A DNA stretch of 64,000 nt, from assembly GCA_002633005.1 (NCBI GenBank), contig NMRA01000047.1, forward strand, positions 374,913 to 438,912. Direction: 5' to 3'. Positions 13,801-26,111 of the stretch are shown piece by piece. The notes under the pieces are model-generated. The model saw nothing but the letters and a program-made list of their open reading frames with translations, searched no databases and was not told where the DNA came from. Position 1 is the first letter of the stretch; the number at the start of each line of letters is the position of its first letter. Source of the stretch: Phoronis australis. Its lineage: Eukaryota; Animalia; Phoronida. The translations under genes were made by a program, and so were the position numbers.

Positions 13801-16800
13801 TACATTGTAGGCATACAAAAAGCAGGGAAGGCGGGACGAAAGCGTGAGGTAAGCGTTAACTAAACCGGAGGTAAGCGTGAGGTAAGCGTTAACTAAACCG
13901 GAGGTAAGCGTGAGGGCTACCCAGAGAGTAAGCGTGAGGGCTACCCGGAGAGTAAGCGTGAGATGACCGTGACTGATTTCTGTCACACCTGCGTGAGGTA
14001 GCCCGGACGAAGTTTAATAATTCAGTGGCTGTACTGTACTTAGCTCTGCACACAGGGAAAGTAGTCTGAATAGTCAGCAGGATAAGGCCGGGGTTAAAAA
14101 ATACAACTTGCATACAACAAGCTGTGATTCACTCACCTTTTGTTGCATGCAAATAGAAATCTGTCATCATGACATTGTCAAAGAAAGATGCCAGTGCTGC
14201 CTTTCCAAAGCTGTTCACCTTATCGGCAGAAGAGTCCCACACAAGACCAGCTATATTAACTCCAAATTTTGACAAGTCTTCAACCTGAAATTAAAAAAAT
14301 TTTCTCAATATTTTTCTTATTTATTTTTTGTTCATGACTGATTATAATTAATAGGATTGGTATAATGCAGACAGGACTAGATTCTCATAAAATTCAAGTT
14401 CTTGTTCATGATTAAGAATACAAGTTAGTACAAAATAAATACTCAAACTCACTGTTCGGGTAAAAATCTGCATAAGCTTGTTCTTTGAGCGTGGGGATGG
14501 AGTGACAGAGGATTTTTCTTTGTACTTAATTTTCTCATCCATGGAAAGTTTTTTCCATTCTTCCCCCCACTGTTTGAACTTTCCAGCCCCAACTTCAGCA
14601 CCTGTTGATCAAATATGAAACTGATAAAATAATGCATTATGAATAAATACACCAGCCTTCCAGTTTCATTAAGTGCCCTTCATCTTGTGTATTTGCCATT
14701 GTGTGGTGTAGCAGTGTTAGCAGAGTATTGTGTAGAGAGAGAACTTAAAGTCACCCTAACAAGTGCGAGTTGCTTAACGAATAAAAGCTGTTATGTCTTA
14801 TTTACCAACAAGATAACAAGAATATGTTCATTTTAGTAAAGAAAGGCATATATGAAATTCAAGGTGTAATTCAGAAGCAAATTGGACAAAAAGGATCTAA
14901 GTATAGCACTCACCCTTTTCATGACAGAATTGGTTGTATCCACTTTTCCCTTTCAGATAAAGCGTTTTCCGCCTTTCATATGTTTTTCCCATAATTTTTT
15001 TTCTGTAGTTGTTGACCCATGTCTGAAAAGTAGAATCAAAACTTTCAGACTTACTGACATAAATCCAAATGCAAACAAAACAACTAGATAACAAATCCAA
15101 GCGTGAAAATATAAAATCTATATTGTGGTTGAAATTTATTCAAATTCTTAAAGACATTAGAACAATCACAGCGGCTCTAACAAATTAATAATATACTCTT
15201 TGAACAGCATAACTCAACTGGGGTTACATTTAATAGCTAGTTTTCATTTTACCTCATAATCCCATTGATATACTTGACTAGGTTTGAACATGTGCCCTTT
15301 GGGCACACCTGATGATACAAAGTATGCCCTTTTTAAAAAGGGTGTGCCCAGCAGACATAATGTAATTAAGGTGGCACAATATGAATCAGAAATCCCAAGA
15401 GCAACCAAAATAACAGCCACGTTTTCACCTGACCTGCTATTCGTTGACTAGAATCTTGGCATTTTTGAAACAGCGCTGTGTTTAAAAGGAGGGGCCGTGG
15501 TGGGAAGGGGGTGTGCACTGCTGCAACGTACATGTGCTCTAATGGTGCAGTCCAGAATATCCCTGTAATCCATGTTCTGTTTCATCTTCATTTAACTACA
15601 CTGTACAAACCCAGAAAGGTGTTTTAGGCTATGCTAAAGACTTGTACCCTCACAATTAACCAGGAATGAAAAAACAAATTATAATTAACATGAGAGCAAC
15701 ACATGGCAATGATATGTTCCCACCGAGTGTGGATCGCAAATGGCAAAATCCTAAAGGTGCTAATTATCTAAACATTCTCAAACACGCAATATGCAGCAGT
15801 CAGAAAAATGACCATTAATGAATTAGACATGAATTGAGCTAGACAAATCAGAGCACAATTGCCATTAGGTGGCAGCTGCAGCACTTAAATCAGCCAAAAA
15901 AGGATGCCAGCAGTGCTCCTCTAGTAATAACTGAAACATCCGCCACGTTTCAAAATGATGCTTCATATGGATAGAGAAGCAGATGTCACCATGACACCTT
16001 GATAGACACATAGACCTACGAATTTGCATGATCCTACGAGCGGTTTGGTAGATACAGGAGGCAGATGCCAGACACAGAGATGACTGTAGTATATGCCGGG
16101 CTAATATATGCAGGTGCATGTAAATGCATGTTACTGTTTCATCATTTCAGTTAGCATTGTCAACTTTCTAGATATGTCTAATTTTGGTCTTGCTACAAGT
16201 TTTGAGCTCAACACTATACTGTACCTTGACTCGTCTCTCGGAGCAACCCAATTTCTTGGCAGTTTCCTTGACTTCTGCAGAATTCTCTTTTCTCATCCCT
16301 TGTTCCCAAGCTGACTGTAAGATGAGTACTTCACTATTTGAGAAGTTTATCTGAAATTAATCAATCAAAGTGCACAAAGGTTGTCCATTAAACAGACTGC
16401 AACCACTACTAAGACACAGAACAAAAATCTATCAATCTGAACCATGAGACTAAAATTCGAAGAAACTAACAGGAACTTTGGAAATAAAAATGAGATTTTC
16501 AGACTCAAATCCACATTTGAAAACACAAAAAACTAATGACAAGAAATGGGCTCCGAATATGTTCAAATCAAAGGGTGTCTTATGTATTTGGTCCCTGAGC
16601 TTTTGTAACATGTCATTTAATTATTGTTTACTGAAACAAAATAAGACGATAAAACCAAAACGAATAACAGGAGCCAGTTTTCACTCACTAATGGCCATTG
16701 CTGCTATACAAGTGCAAACTCTTCCCAGCAGCCACTTTGGTTTCTTGTATATATGCATTTGTAGCCAAAATTCACCTGTAACCAAGTTGGTGGTTTGGGG

Positions 16801-18803
16801 TAGCAATGGATGGTGAAAATTGATTGATGTCGAACCTAAGACCTGCCAACACTTGGATGACAGTATTAATAATAATAGACAAAACCAAATGAGGTACCAG
16901 ATGACTAAAGCTTTGGAGTTATGGAGGGACGCACCTATCAGACTATTACCAATACATTGTTCCCACGTCTGTGAAATCAAATTCTCTCATCGGGTAATTA
17001 TCAATCATTAAGCCAATGACATTCTCTTCAAAGTCTATTTTGAACATCATACACAAATAGCATGTGATCTGGGCATGCCATCTTGCTTAGTGAGCTGCAT
17101 GACGTGTGGGGCATCAAATTAATAGTGACTGGGAGAGAGGATGCCAAATTGGGAGAGTGCAAATGGTGAGCAGTGGAGCGGTAAAAGTAGAGTACACTGC
17201 CCCCCCCCCTCCCCTCTTCCGGTGAATCATATTTATAAGCATCTGTTAGCTACTCGCTAACGGGCAATTGCCTATTAGCTGAATGGTTAGCACACTCGTC
17301 GGTTTTATAGGGGTCGCTGGTTTGATTCCCAGGTAGGGTAATCTTGGCTATTGTTTACTCCAAGAATGCCACATTGACTGCCAAATCCAGCTTTCAATGA
17401 ATAATGGACATTGCCCGTTACTCGACTTTTATCTACAACGCTTAATTTTTTGTTTGAATGCGGTATTTAGGGAGGATGTTTTTTACTTTTTTTTTGCAAT
17501 ACCCATGTGTCATACATTTTTGAAAAGCCCTTGGTGTGAGCAATGAAATGGTGCAAAAATCAGGAAAAATTGGGTGAGCGGTTACCGAGAAAATGACCGT
17601 TGAAACGCAACAATTATGCATAAAATATCTGCCTTCTTACATAATTTCGTAAAAAATAAAAGAATATACATGTGCTGCAAATAAAAATTGAGACAAACAT
17701 GGTGGTGTGTATTATATATTTGTATTTGGATCGATTTCTACAGAGATATTGCTGTTTAAATGTGTTGTTTAATTAGCATATGGAACAGGCTCATCATGAA
17801 CCTCATGTTTAATGAAAACAATGGATTGCACAGCTTTAAAGGTAAAGAGCAAAAAAACAACATATCAGCTCAGAAATAAATACATCTGAGCTAGGAAGAA
17901 ATTTCACATCAAACCACAAAACAACATTGGTTGATTTTGGGAGAGGCAAGGCCCCCCCCCCCCCCCTAAAAACTCCCAGATTTCATTTGGCAGTGTGAGG
18001 GTGCAAATATCTTACAGGTGAAATCCTGCGTAATACTCTGCCCTTCCCCCCATCTAAAAATCCTAGATCTGCCCCTGAATACTACTACATGGGCAACACA
18101 TCATGGCCCGACAGGGGGCTGTGGAAGGCTATAGCACCCCCAATTTTTCAGAGCTGGGTGCCACCCATGTACTATTAGATCGTATCATAGCAAAAAAAAC
18201 ATCAGAAAGTAGACAAAAGACCATGATTTGGGAAAACAAATCACTCTTAACATGAACGATTTCATCATTTACGCAACAAAAACTCTTTGTAACAACTTTA
18301 TTTCGAACGGTGAGTTACCATGCCCGAACTTCAACGTAGCCGCTCGTGGCGTCGACGTGCGACGACTTAGTGAACTAACGACTGCTGTTTGAAAAGTGCC
18401 AATTGGCGCAGCAGTTTGACAGAATTTCAGAAAACATTTCGTAAACATGATTCATGGCTTCGCATGAATGATTCGTAGGTTCGTAGATGATTCTAAGTTC
18501 CTGCACTTCTGGAAGGATTTTCTAATGGACATGATAACATTTAACAAATCAGACAAATACGTTTTATTAAAATAATACATCATAATTCTTTTCAAAATCT
18601 CTACGGAATGTAGAAGTCAAAATGGCGCAATCAGACGACAAAAAGATGGCGAAAAGCGAACGTCTGGCGATGGATCGTCCGATTCAGTTCATCATTACAG
18701 TAGTTTAACGATGTAATTAGGCCGGTGAAAAGTAAAAAATAGTGCTAAGTGTGAAAGTTCAACTCACCCTGACTCTTTTCCTGCATCTCTCACGAGGCTC
18801 CAT
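7868..18803 (-). CDS. 426-aa multidomain chromatin protein: HDX-like homeodomain + HMG box + GTF2I-repeat-like domain + chromodomain (10 exons)
   Basis: Exons (minus): 18803-18768, 16350-16225, 15022-14914, 14601-14453, 14284-14137, 12120-12043, 10667-10490, 9753-9563, 8612-8559, 8079-7868. All introns GT-AG and phase-compatible; 1281 nt, no internal stop. Homeodomain RKRVRINFSNSEVLILQSAWEQGM...AKKLGCSERRVKTWVNNYRKK; HMG KSGYNQFCHEK...WGEEWKKLSMDEKIKYKEKS; I-repeat-like LRVELRHLLNDLYSTAVGKSSRLPY...GLVLRKPDYYSLTRLKEIL; chromo LWIVKDVLSMRITKDGEKQAEVLWETGEVTFEPYENL. Possible polyA signal at 6379-6374. Confidence 0.85.
12947..14036. mobile_element. Non-autonomous Tc1/mariner-pogo-type element (about 1.09 kb) in an intron of the homeo-HMG-chromo gene
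   Basis: Imperfect TIRs of about 45 bp: CAGTACAGCCACTGAATTATTAGACTTCATCCGGGCTACCTCACGC ... GCGTGAGGTAGCCCGGACGAAGTTTAATAATTCAGTGGCTGTACTG, with TA on both flanks; subterminal AGCGTGAG/ACCGGAG repeats. Confidence 0.85.
17258..17420 (+). mobile_element. Degenerate tRNA-like sequence bracketed by 11-bp inverted repeats
   Basis: TAACGGGCAAT (17258) ... TAGCTGAATGG (A-box-like) ... GGTTTGATTCC (B-box-like) ... ATTGCCCGTTA (17410-17420). Confidence 0.45.
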
Positions 18804-21800
18804 ATCTGTTTTCGCTGTAATAATTTCCGCGGTGGTAGAAGCAAGATTTCAAGAGCGCGCGTGGTGAAAGTGAAGCTCTCGTTGATCTCGCGAGATAGTT
18901 TTACGCAACCGTTACCCATTGTTCATTTGAACCGGCGACTCCTGATTAAAGGCCCAAGGCGTATATTTCAAAGAACTCGAACTGGAAATTTCGATACAGG
19001 AACATTTTCTTCACAAATCAATACAACATTCACAGTCTATGCCAGCACAGGTATGAATTTATATCAGGTACGGTTTTGATTTCATTTCCTATTCAACCCC
19101 ACAATCGTTGGAGCTTATAATGGGGTTTTATGCAGAAAAATACGAAAGCTTTTGTAACGTTAGGCTGAAAGATCAAGTGGTTGAAGCAGTAACTGTACCT
19201 GCTAGAGCGTTAGCAGTGCGTACTGGACACTCTTTCAGAGCGTAACTGCGCACAACTTTTTTTTGGTTTGAGCAAGTAACTGCGTAAGGAACGGGTGTCT
19301 ATTTTGGGGAAATTGCTTTTTGTTTACCGTTGATAAAAATTGCCCAATTGAGCATTTCGCTTAGTTGTACACTGTGTTAATAGTCGTATCGACATGGTTC
19401 ACAATTTTTAAATTGAGATTGTGGTTTTTTTCAAATCACATGAACATAAACATATTTTTGATCGAAATAGATGTTTTGGAAGACCCGGCAATTCATGCTG
19501 CAGTGTGAGTCCTGAAAGGCACATTATCGTTGTTTTTACGTCAGTAGAATCTACTGATTACATTTTGGTATTGTTGAGTAGGATAGACTTTTTGACCAGA
19601 GCTGTAAAACTTTGAAATCAGTGGTGTCGATATTGGTACAAATCGCCAATTCTCGCCTTTGTTTGAAGGTAATTTTCACCAGTTAAGTACATTTAATGTG
19701 CATGCGCTATTTTTCAATTGGGGTTTAGCTTTGCCAGCAGAGCGTTTACTACGAACGCGAAGGTTCAGTCCAGGTTCGAATTAGCCACACTAGTAGGTAG
19801 GTTGTGAGGGTATATTATTATTCTCGCTGGGGCTAATCTCGGAAAGAGTACTTTTTTCGCCGATATAGACATTTTTAGCAGAATCATGCAGTCTCAATGC
19901 TTATTACTAACATCGAGACGCTTATGACCATGAATCATTTCAGACAAGTACATGTCACAAGGAAATCAAACTTTATCTCGTCAGCGCAGCTGTGTTTTGG
20001 CTTGATGTCGTTTAGAGTACCCTATGACATATCATCACGCATCGTGTTGTGTGCGGAATCGTACGCGCTTTATCAGAGTGAACGTTTTCACATTACATAA
20101 GGGTCAGTGTGCTTCACACTAACCTAAGATTCGGGATTAAATTCCACTCCAACAAGCTGAACTCGGTCCATTCGAGGATTTCTCCGAAAGTTTAACAAGT
20201 AAGTCACGTTGATACTACCATTACCACTCGATCTTACTTCTACCATTATTCATGATTATCAATGCGACTGTTATTGTTATTATCATTTTATTATTATTAT
20301 TCTTGTTGTTGTTATTATTATTATTATTATTATTAGTGGTAATATATACTACTCTAACTACTTCTACTACTACTTCTAATATTACCATGAGTATGCAACT
20401 GTCAGTTACCCTGTGGTAGCACTACGTTATGTTGTTATTGACATGCCTTTTATCAGTATTAGTACACAAAAATTATTTTGCAATTCCAACTTGTTTCCAA
20501 GGCGGACGTCATCACGGAGTTTTCTAGAAATAAATTGTACTTGTGGCTTAGAAATATTCTTCTTTTTGACCTCAGTTTGGTTATAATGGTTGTCGTCATA
20601 ACAGTACTTATCACAGCCTAGTCATGTCAAAACTTGATAATAACAGGGACTTTCATTAAGAATGCGTTTGTTTCTCAAAAAAATCTGCTGAGGTTCAACA
20701 AAAACTGTTTCATGCGGTCGCGTTGCCCACTGAGCGGGAACGCTGCACCACAAGCCATCACCCAGCCGATTATGCTGGTCGCGCGATGAAGAACGCTGCT
20801 ATGCCATTCATTAGCGCAGGGTGACGTCCTCTTGTTAATTGTACATCTCATTATCTAGAGCACTAAAGTTGAATATTTAATAAGCTTGGTAAATACGCTA
20901 CGTGTATTGATCTAACGTGAACAAAGGAACTTCAGGCGTGTTTGTGAGAAGTAGCGTCTCCGTTGTCTGCTTTTGTCGCACACCATGTGTTTTTCAAGGT
21001 AACAACGTCGATTTTATATCAGTCTTTGTCACGTACCTTACCGATATCTTGAAATACTTTGACTAGCGCAAGGTTGCATGTACTGGCATCATCTACAGAC
21101 TGTGATAAATTTTGCCGCAGTCTATCAAATCCTGGCTGAATATCCACCAGACTTACAGCTAGGACACTCCATTTGAGGGTCATAGACGATTGGGATAGAC
21201 TTTTTGAAGTTAATAGCTTTGACCAGAGCTATAAACAATAAAGACGTTGCATTTTGTAATTTCATTACAAATCTCCAATGTCGTCAACGTTGTCTGCCAG
21301 ACAACTTTTAAGGCCAGTGTCTTTTCGTTACGATGAAAATACTCTGTTAGGATTTGGCTCAGGGGCATAGCGTTCGAATGCTCCTGCATAGTTAATGGAC
21401 TTTTTTCCCGTTAATGTCTCTTAAAAATACTACCGTCGGTTACACTGGCGAACCTAACAACATTCACCTTGGACCTTGTGCGTGTTGTAGGTATGTAGCA
21501 GTGGCTGCGTTTGGGGTCGAAACTATTTACTATTTAACTGTCCCTCAGTAGTACAAAATCTAACGCTAATGTTTCTTGCTAATTGCTGTCTAAATCACTA
21601 ATTTCCAACTAATTTGCTTATCCATTCAAGATATATCAAACAGTTTTCTTACGACCATAAAAATCATTTCACTCTCAAATGTATCCTTTATGGCTTCAAC
21701 AAACAACAAGAGTGTCAAAATCCACCATCACTTTCGACTACAGGCTAAGGTCTTTATAAAATTGAGCCGCTTCACTTGACTAGATTGTGCGCTCTCAATT

Positions 21801-21879
21801 CCTGACCAGTGATTAAAATCTGTTGATCAGTTGAGGATTTCACTCAACAGTTTTTGTTGATTTTCAGCTTGACAAATCA

Positions 21880-21994
21880 GGTCCTGGCAGGTCCAACAAT
21901 CTGGTCCTGGCAGGTCCAACAATCTGGTCCTGGCAGGTCCAACAATCTGGTCCTGGCAGGTCCAACAATCTGGTCCTGGCAGGTCCAACAATCT
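21880..21994. repeat. Perfect minisatellite, 5 x 23 bp
   Basis: Unit GGTCCTGGCAGGTCCAACAATCT, five identical copies. Confidence 0.95.
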
Positions 21995-22974
21995 GTTCCA
22001 CAGGGTGTATAAAACCTGGAAATATGAACAAAACACTGGCCCAAAGACTTCAAAGACCTTGCATACAGTCTACTGAAACTGATGCCAAAGTTGATTTTTC
22101 ATCTTTTACGAGTACGCAAGTGCAACCGGCTACTTAAAAAACGAACAAGGTACACCAAATCAGCAGTTTTCACCCCAAAACCACCATTTGCATGCGATTA
22201 CTACGAAGTGAGAGACAGTACCTACATTCAAAATGCCAAAAGTTTCCAGATTACAAAAACCAGGTGAAAAGTGGGTGCTGAACAGACAATTTTTTACCGA
22301 TCTAAAGTGTCTAAAGAGAACCTGAATTTCTTACTAAATTTCGTCTTCGCGCTTGCAAGCAGTCATGCAAAGTTTTTAGAAACCCACGACTGAGCAAAAA
22401 GGGAACAAGGGACCAACAACTGTGAACCTTTCACTCAGAACACACTCAAAAATCAACATAAGCAAATGTCATTCGTAGACTTCACATCATCATGCAGCAC
22501 AAAACTTAAAATACCCTGCCAACCCAGCAGCCGCCAATTTTTAATGAATCTGGTAAATTCAACCGTGGCTCAGAAACTATTGAATGTCACCTCTAAGTGC
22601 TGACAAAAGAGGGATAAGATCGCCATATTATTGCATAGCCTCGCATCTCATAATGTGATATCTCCGTAAGTGAAAAAACCAGTGACAGTCTTTCAAATTT
22701 CATGCTGTGTTAGCACCATGACTGACCCTAAGGAAACTGAATGTAACAACAATACGCCTTGCTTTCTGTATCACCTATGGCCTAGAACAAGGTAAGCTTG
22801 TGTCATGATCTTCACATTAATATACGTACATGTACGTGCAGTATCTGGGCAGGGAATGCTGCACAGATTTCAGTTACTCTAGAATAGCGCTAGAAAAGCA
22901 AGGCGAGGTTATCAGAGATATTGGCTTGTATTTTAATGAGAACACTTTGTTTTGGCTAAATTTTTCTAGCGGCG

Positions 22975-23340
22975 AGAGACCGCTACCGATGGAACTCTGC
23001 CCTGGTTAAACTTTTTAAAATCAATTTACGTCGTGTATGGAACGCGAAATGAAGAACCGAGGTAGAACACTCGTGGAAGAAGAACAGTTGATTGAAGAAT
23101 CGGCGAAAAAAGAAACTGGCCAATAGGTAACGCAACATTCCATGACGCCGAAAGCCGACGCAAAAGATTGCTCCACAAATTTGACAGCAGAATAACGGTA
23201 GAACGCCATTTTTTCTGAACACTGGTAAATACTTTAGTTTACTCAAGGAAAAGTGTAGTTTTTAGTGACACTAACTTTTTGTCAGATTTTTTTTGGCCAG
23301 TTTTTTTTTACCCACGTCGGTGCAAAGCTGTATACACCAA
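22975..23340. repeat. Dispersed repeat, copy 1
   Basis: Colinear with 39330-39660 (AACAGTTGATTGAAGAA...AAAGCCGACGCAAAAGAT...TTTAGTTTACTCAAGGAA). Confidence 0.8.
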
Positions 23341-23607
23341 AGCTAAGTGATACCTAGCCAATACGATAGTCTTCATACAGCTAGCTGGCTGGCTAGATAT
23401 CTTTCTGGAAAACATACGTTGAACCATTGTCATCTTCAAGTCCTCTGGGGTGCTAAAACCATTCTCTTCGTCACATGAATCATCACAGTCACTTCGGCAT
23501 CCTGACAATGAGACTGCCGAGTGGGGAGAGACAATATTACATTCTTAGTGTGTTGATCCCAGCTCAGTGCATCCACACCAAGGTCAAGTGTCACTTCTTT
23601 TACTCCT

Positions 23608-23851
23608 CTCCCTCCCTCCCTCCCTCCCTCCCTCCCTCCNTTTTACATTTCATTGGTTGACAACAAAACTCCAACATATACCATGTGTTGTCCAATAACA
23701 GCTGTAAAGTGACATAACAGTGATATAAACACAATATTTTCCTTTATTTACATTTTAGTAATTTGACAAAGAAAAATTTCACTCCCTTAACAAATTTCAT
23801 ACTAAATTCTGAAAATTCAAACTTTTAAGGTGTTGCACAACACCTCTCCCT

Positions 23852-23890
<39 letters not shown>
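23608..23890. repeat. (CCCT)n and (CT)n microsatellites
   Basis: (CCCT)n at about 23610-23639, ending at an N at 23640; (CCCT)/(CT)n at about 23845-23889. Confidence 0.9.
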
Positions 23891-23892
<2 letters not shown>

Positions 23893-24056
23893 GTTTCACT
23901 TTTTCCAACTAAAGCACTGGCTTACAACGCAAGCGTTTTCGCTGGCGTTGAAGCACGGACGAACTGTCGGTGAAAGGGTAATTTTCGCCAGCAGTTGATT
24001 TGTTTCCTCACCAACCGAGTCGCCTTTTAGCGAAATTAATATCAAAACACGCGCAC

Positions 24057-24205
24057 CAGTGCTGTAGTGGGACGTAGGTGCACGTAGGCGCAGCCAACCA
24101 CCTTTTGGCATTTGAACGTAGCGCCTACTTACGTTCAGTACTCAATGTGATACAGTGGGGTTTGGGCGCCTACATTCCTCTAATTTTATCACTACTACAG
24201 CACCG
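24057..24205. mobile_element. hAT-type MITE
   Basis: Ends CAGTGCTGTAGTGG ... CTACTACAGCACCG; flanks ACGCGCAC / ACGTGCAC form an 8-bp TSD with one mismatch. A related end lies near 5069-5140. Confidence 0.75.
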
Positions 24206-25173
24206 ACGTGCACTCTTGCCATAAATTAATTGATGCAACGCACCATACAGCAAGGCTATAAGAAAGCGTACTCCCTTGGCAATGCGCTCATCCATTTATA
24301 AGACCACAAAACGTTTCGTGATCGCATACAGTCGACATCCCGTCTGAGATCGTTCGTCGTTGTCTTAGCTTCTCCGTCGCTAACCTTGAAAACCGTTTGA
24401 CTAGTCATGGATGTAATTATGATTACCTTAAGCATTTTTTATGCAAAGGAAGGCCGCCATATTGCACAAAATTCTGTTTTTGCTCAGAACATCGTTACCA
24501 AGGACCATAGATAGATTGTTTTGATCTGTTACCCACGTTTTTAAGATGTGTGAATTCAGGGAAGCTAGTTTACAGGTGGATAAGTCCTGAATTTACATAA
24601 GTTATGCAAGTTAAGGCCGCCATTATTTACAAATCTATGCTTATAGCTAGTTGCAAGATTAATTTGAATAATTTATGCAAATAATGGCCACTATTATCCA
24701 AAATTCTGTATCTATTCGTAATTGCCTTAAGGTGCACTTCGTGTAGATTATCTTGATATTTGCACCCATATTTTCGTTGTCAATGAGTTTAATGAAATCA
24801 GTTGGCAGGTAATTATATCATGAATTTGCATAACTTATAATGCAAATGCAAATACGGCTTGACATTATTCATTTCGAATGCACCCCTCTAACAGATACAA
24901 ATTGTGTAGGTGAATCAAACGATTACAATTAATTAAAAGGTTTCCACGATCCATGTAATTCATTCTAGTTTTCCACAAAGCAGCTAATTATTTACTATCA
25001 TATTATCAAGGGGTGAAAACACTGTTTGTGTAAGCACCTTAAAGTTCCAGTTACGCCCACCCTAAACTCCAGTCCCAGATCAGCTTCCACCAAATTCGGA
25101 TTCGCGTCTCTAGAGGTGCTATTGTGGAGTTGTTTCCACCCCCTGGTTGTGTACGTAGCAAAATCATTACGGC

Positions 25174-25326
25174 AGTTCGTTCATTTGCAGTCAGCCAATT
25201 GATACAGACAAGTTCGTTCATTTGCAGTCAGCCAATTGATACAGACAAGTTCGTTCATTTGCAGTCAGCCAATTGATACAGACAAGTTCGTTCATTTGCA
25301 GTCAGCCAATTGATACAGACAAGTTC
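25174..25326. repeat. Perfect minisatellite, 4 x 37 bp
   Basis: Unit AGTTCGTTCATTTGCAGTCAGCCAATTGATACAGACA, four identical copies, no spacers. Confidence 0.95.
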
Positions 25327-26038
25327 TGGATGCGTGGCATGATATGGCTTGTGAATTGTGGGTAATTCCATTGTATGCACTGAAAGTGGACCTCCTCGGA
25401 TATTTAACAGTTTGTTGAAATGAGAACAACTTAGCTTGACTTTTTGAGAACGTTAAGTTATGATAATTTTCAATTTTCAATGAAGACAATTTCCGTGGCG
25501 GTATAGGTGTATTTTGCACCTCCGTTTACCATGCCAGTAATTTTGCTTTATTCTATCGATTTTTCTGCGAAAACCAAAACTTCAACACTAGATTTGAAAG
25601 AACTAAATACCAAGAACTTTTTCATTTTGATAGCGTTAGCATAACGTTAAACAACAGTATAATGCCTCTAATATAAATCTCTGTACAGCATTGTGATGTT
25701 TTTCAAATTTTCATTAATATTAGCACTAGGGCACACTGCAAAACCCTTGAGCCAGGTTTCTAGCTCCTCGGGTCGGTTTTAAGTATATATTAATAAAGCA
25801 TAAAATGGTTCCAGGTGATCAGTGCAATGGGCCCACATGCGCGGCCTGCGCACGTCTGGTACAACGTGCATCAGACCGCCTGCGATTATTTTTTTAACGC
25901 ACTATAATATAATGTAAAATCTGCAAAATACATTTCTATGATATACTGCCAGTAACATGGTATCAATTCTTACCTGTTCAATGGTTCTTTAAATTCTCTT
26001 TTATTTTTATTCTTTTCTGTTTACACATCTGTAATAAG

Positions 26039-26111
26039 ATACCTGTATTGTATTATGGGTAATACCTGTATTGTATTATGGGTAATACCTGTATTGTATT
26101 GTGGGTAATAC
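26039..26111. repeat. Minisatellite, about 3 x 23 bp
   Basis: Unit ATACCTGTATTGTATTATGGGTA. Confidence 0.9.

Noticed and set aside
25174-25326. 37-bp repeats of CRISPR-like length
   Set aside because: Units are directly adjacent with no spacers; eukaryotic context with no cas genes.
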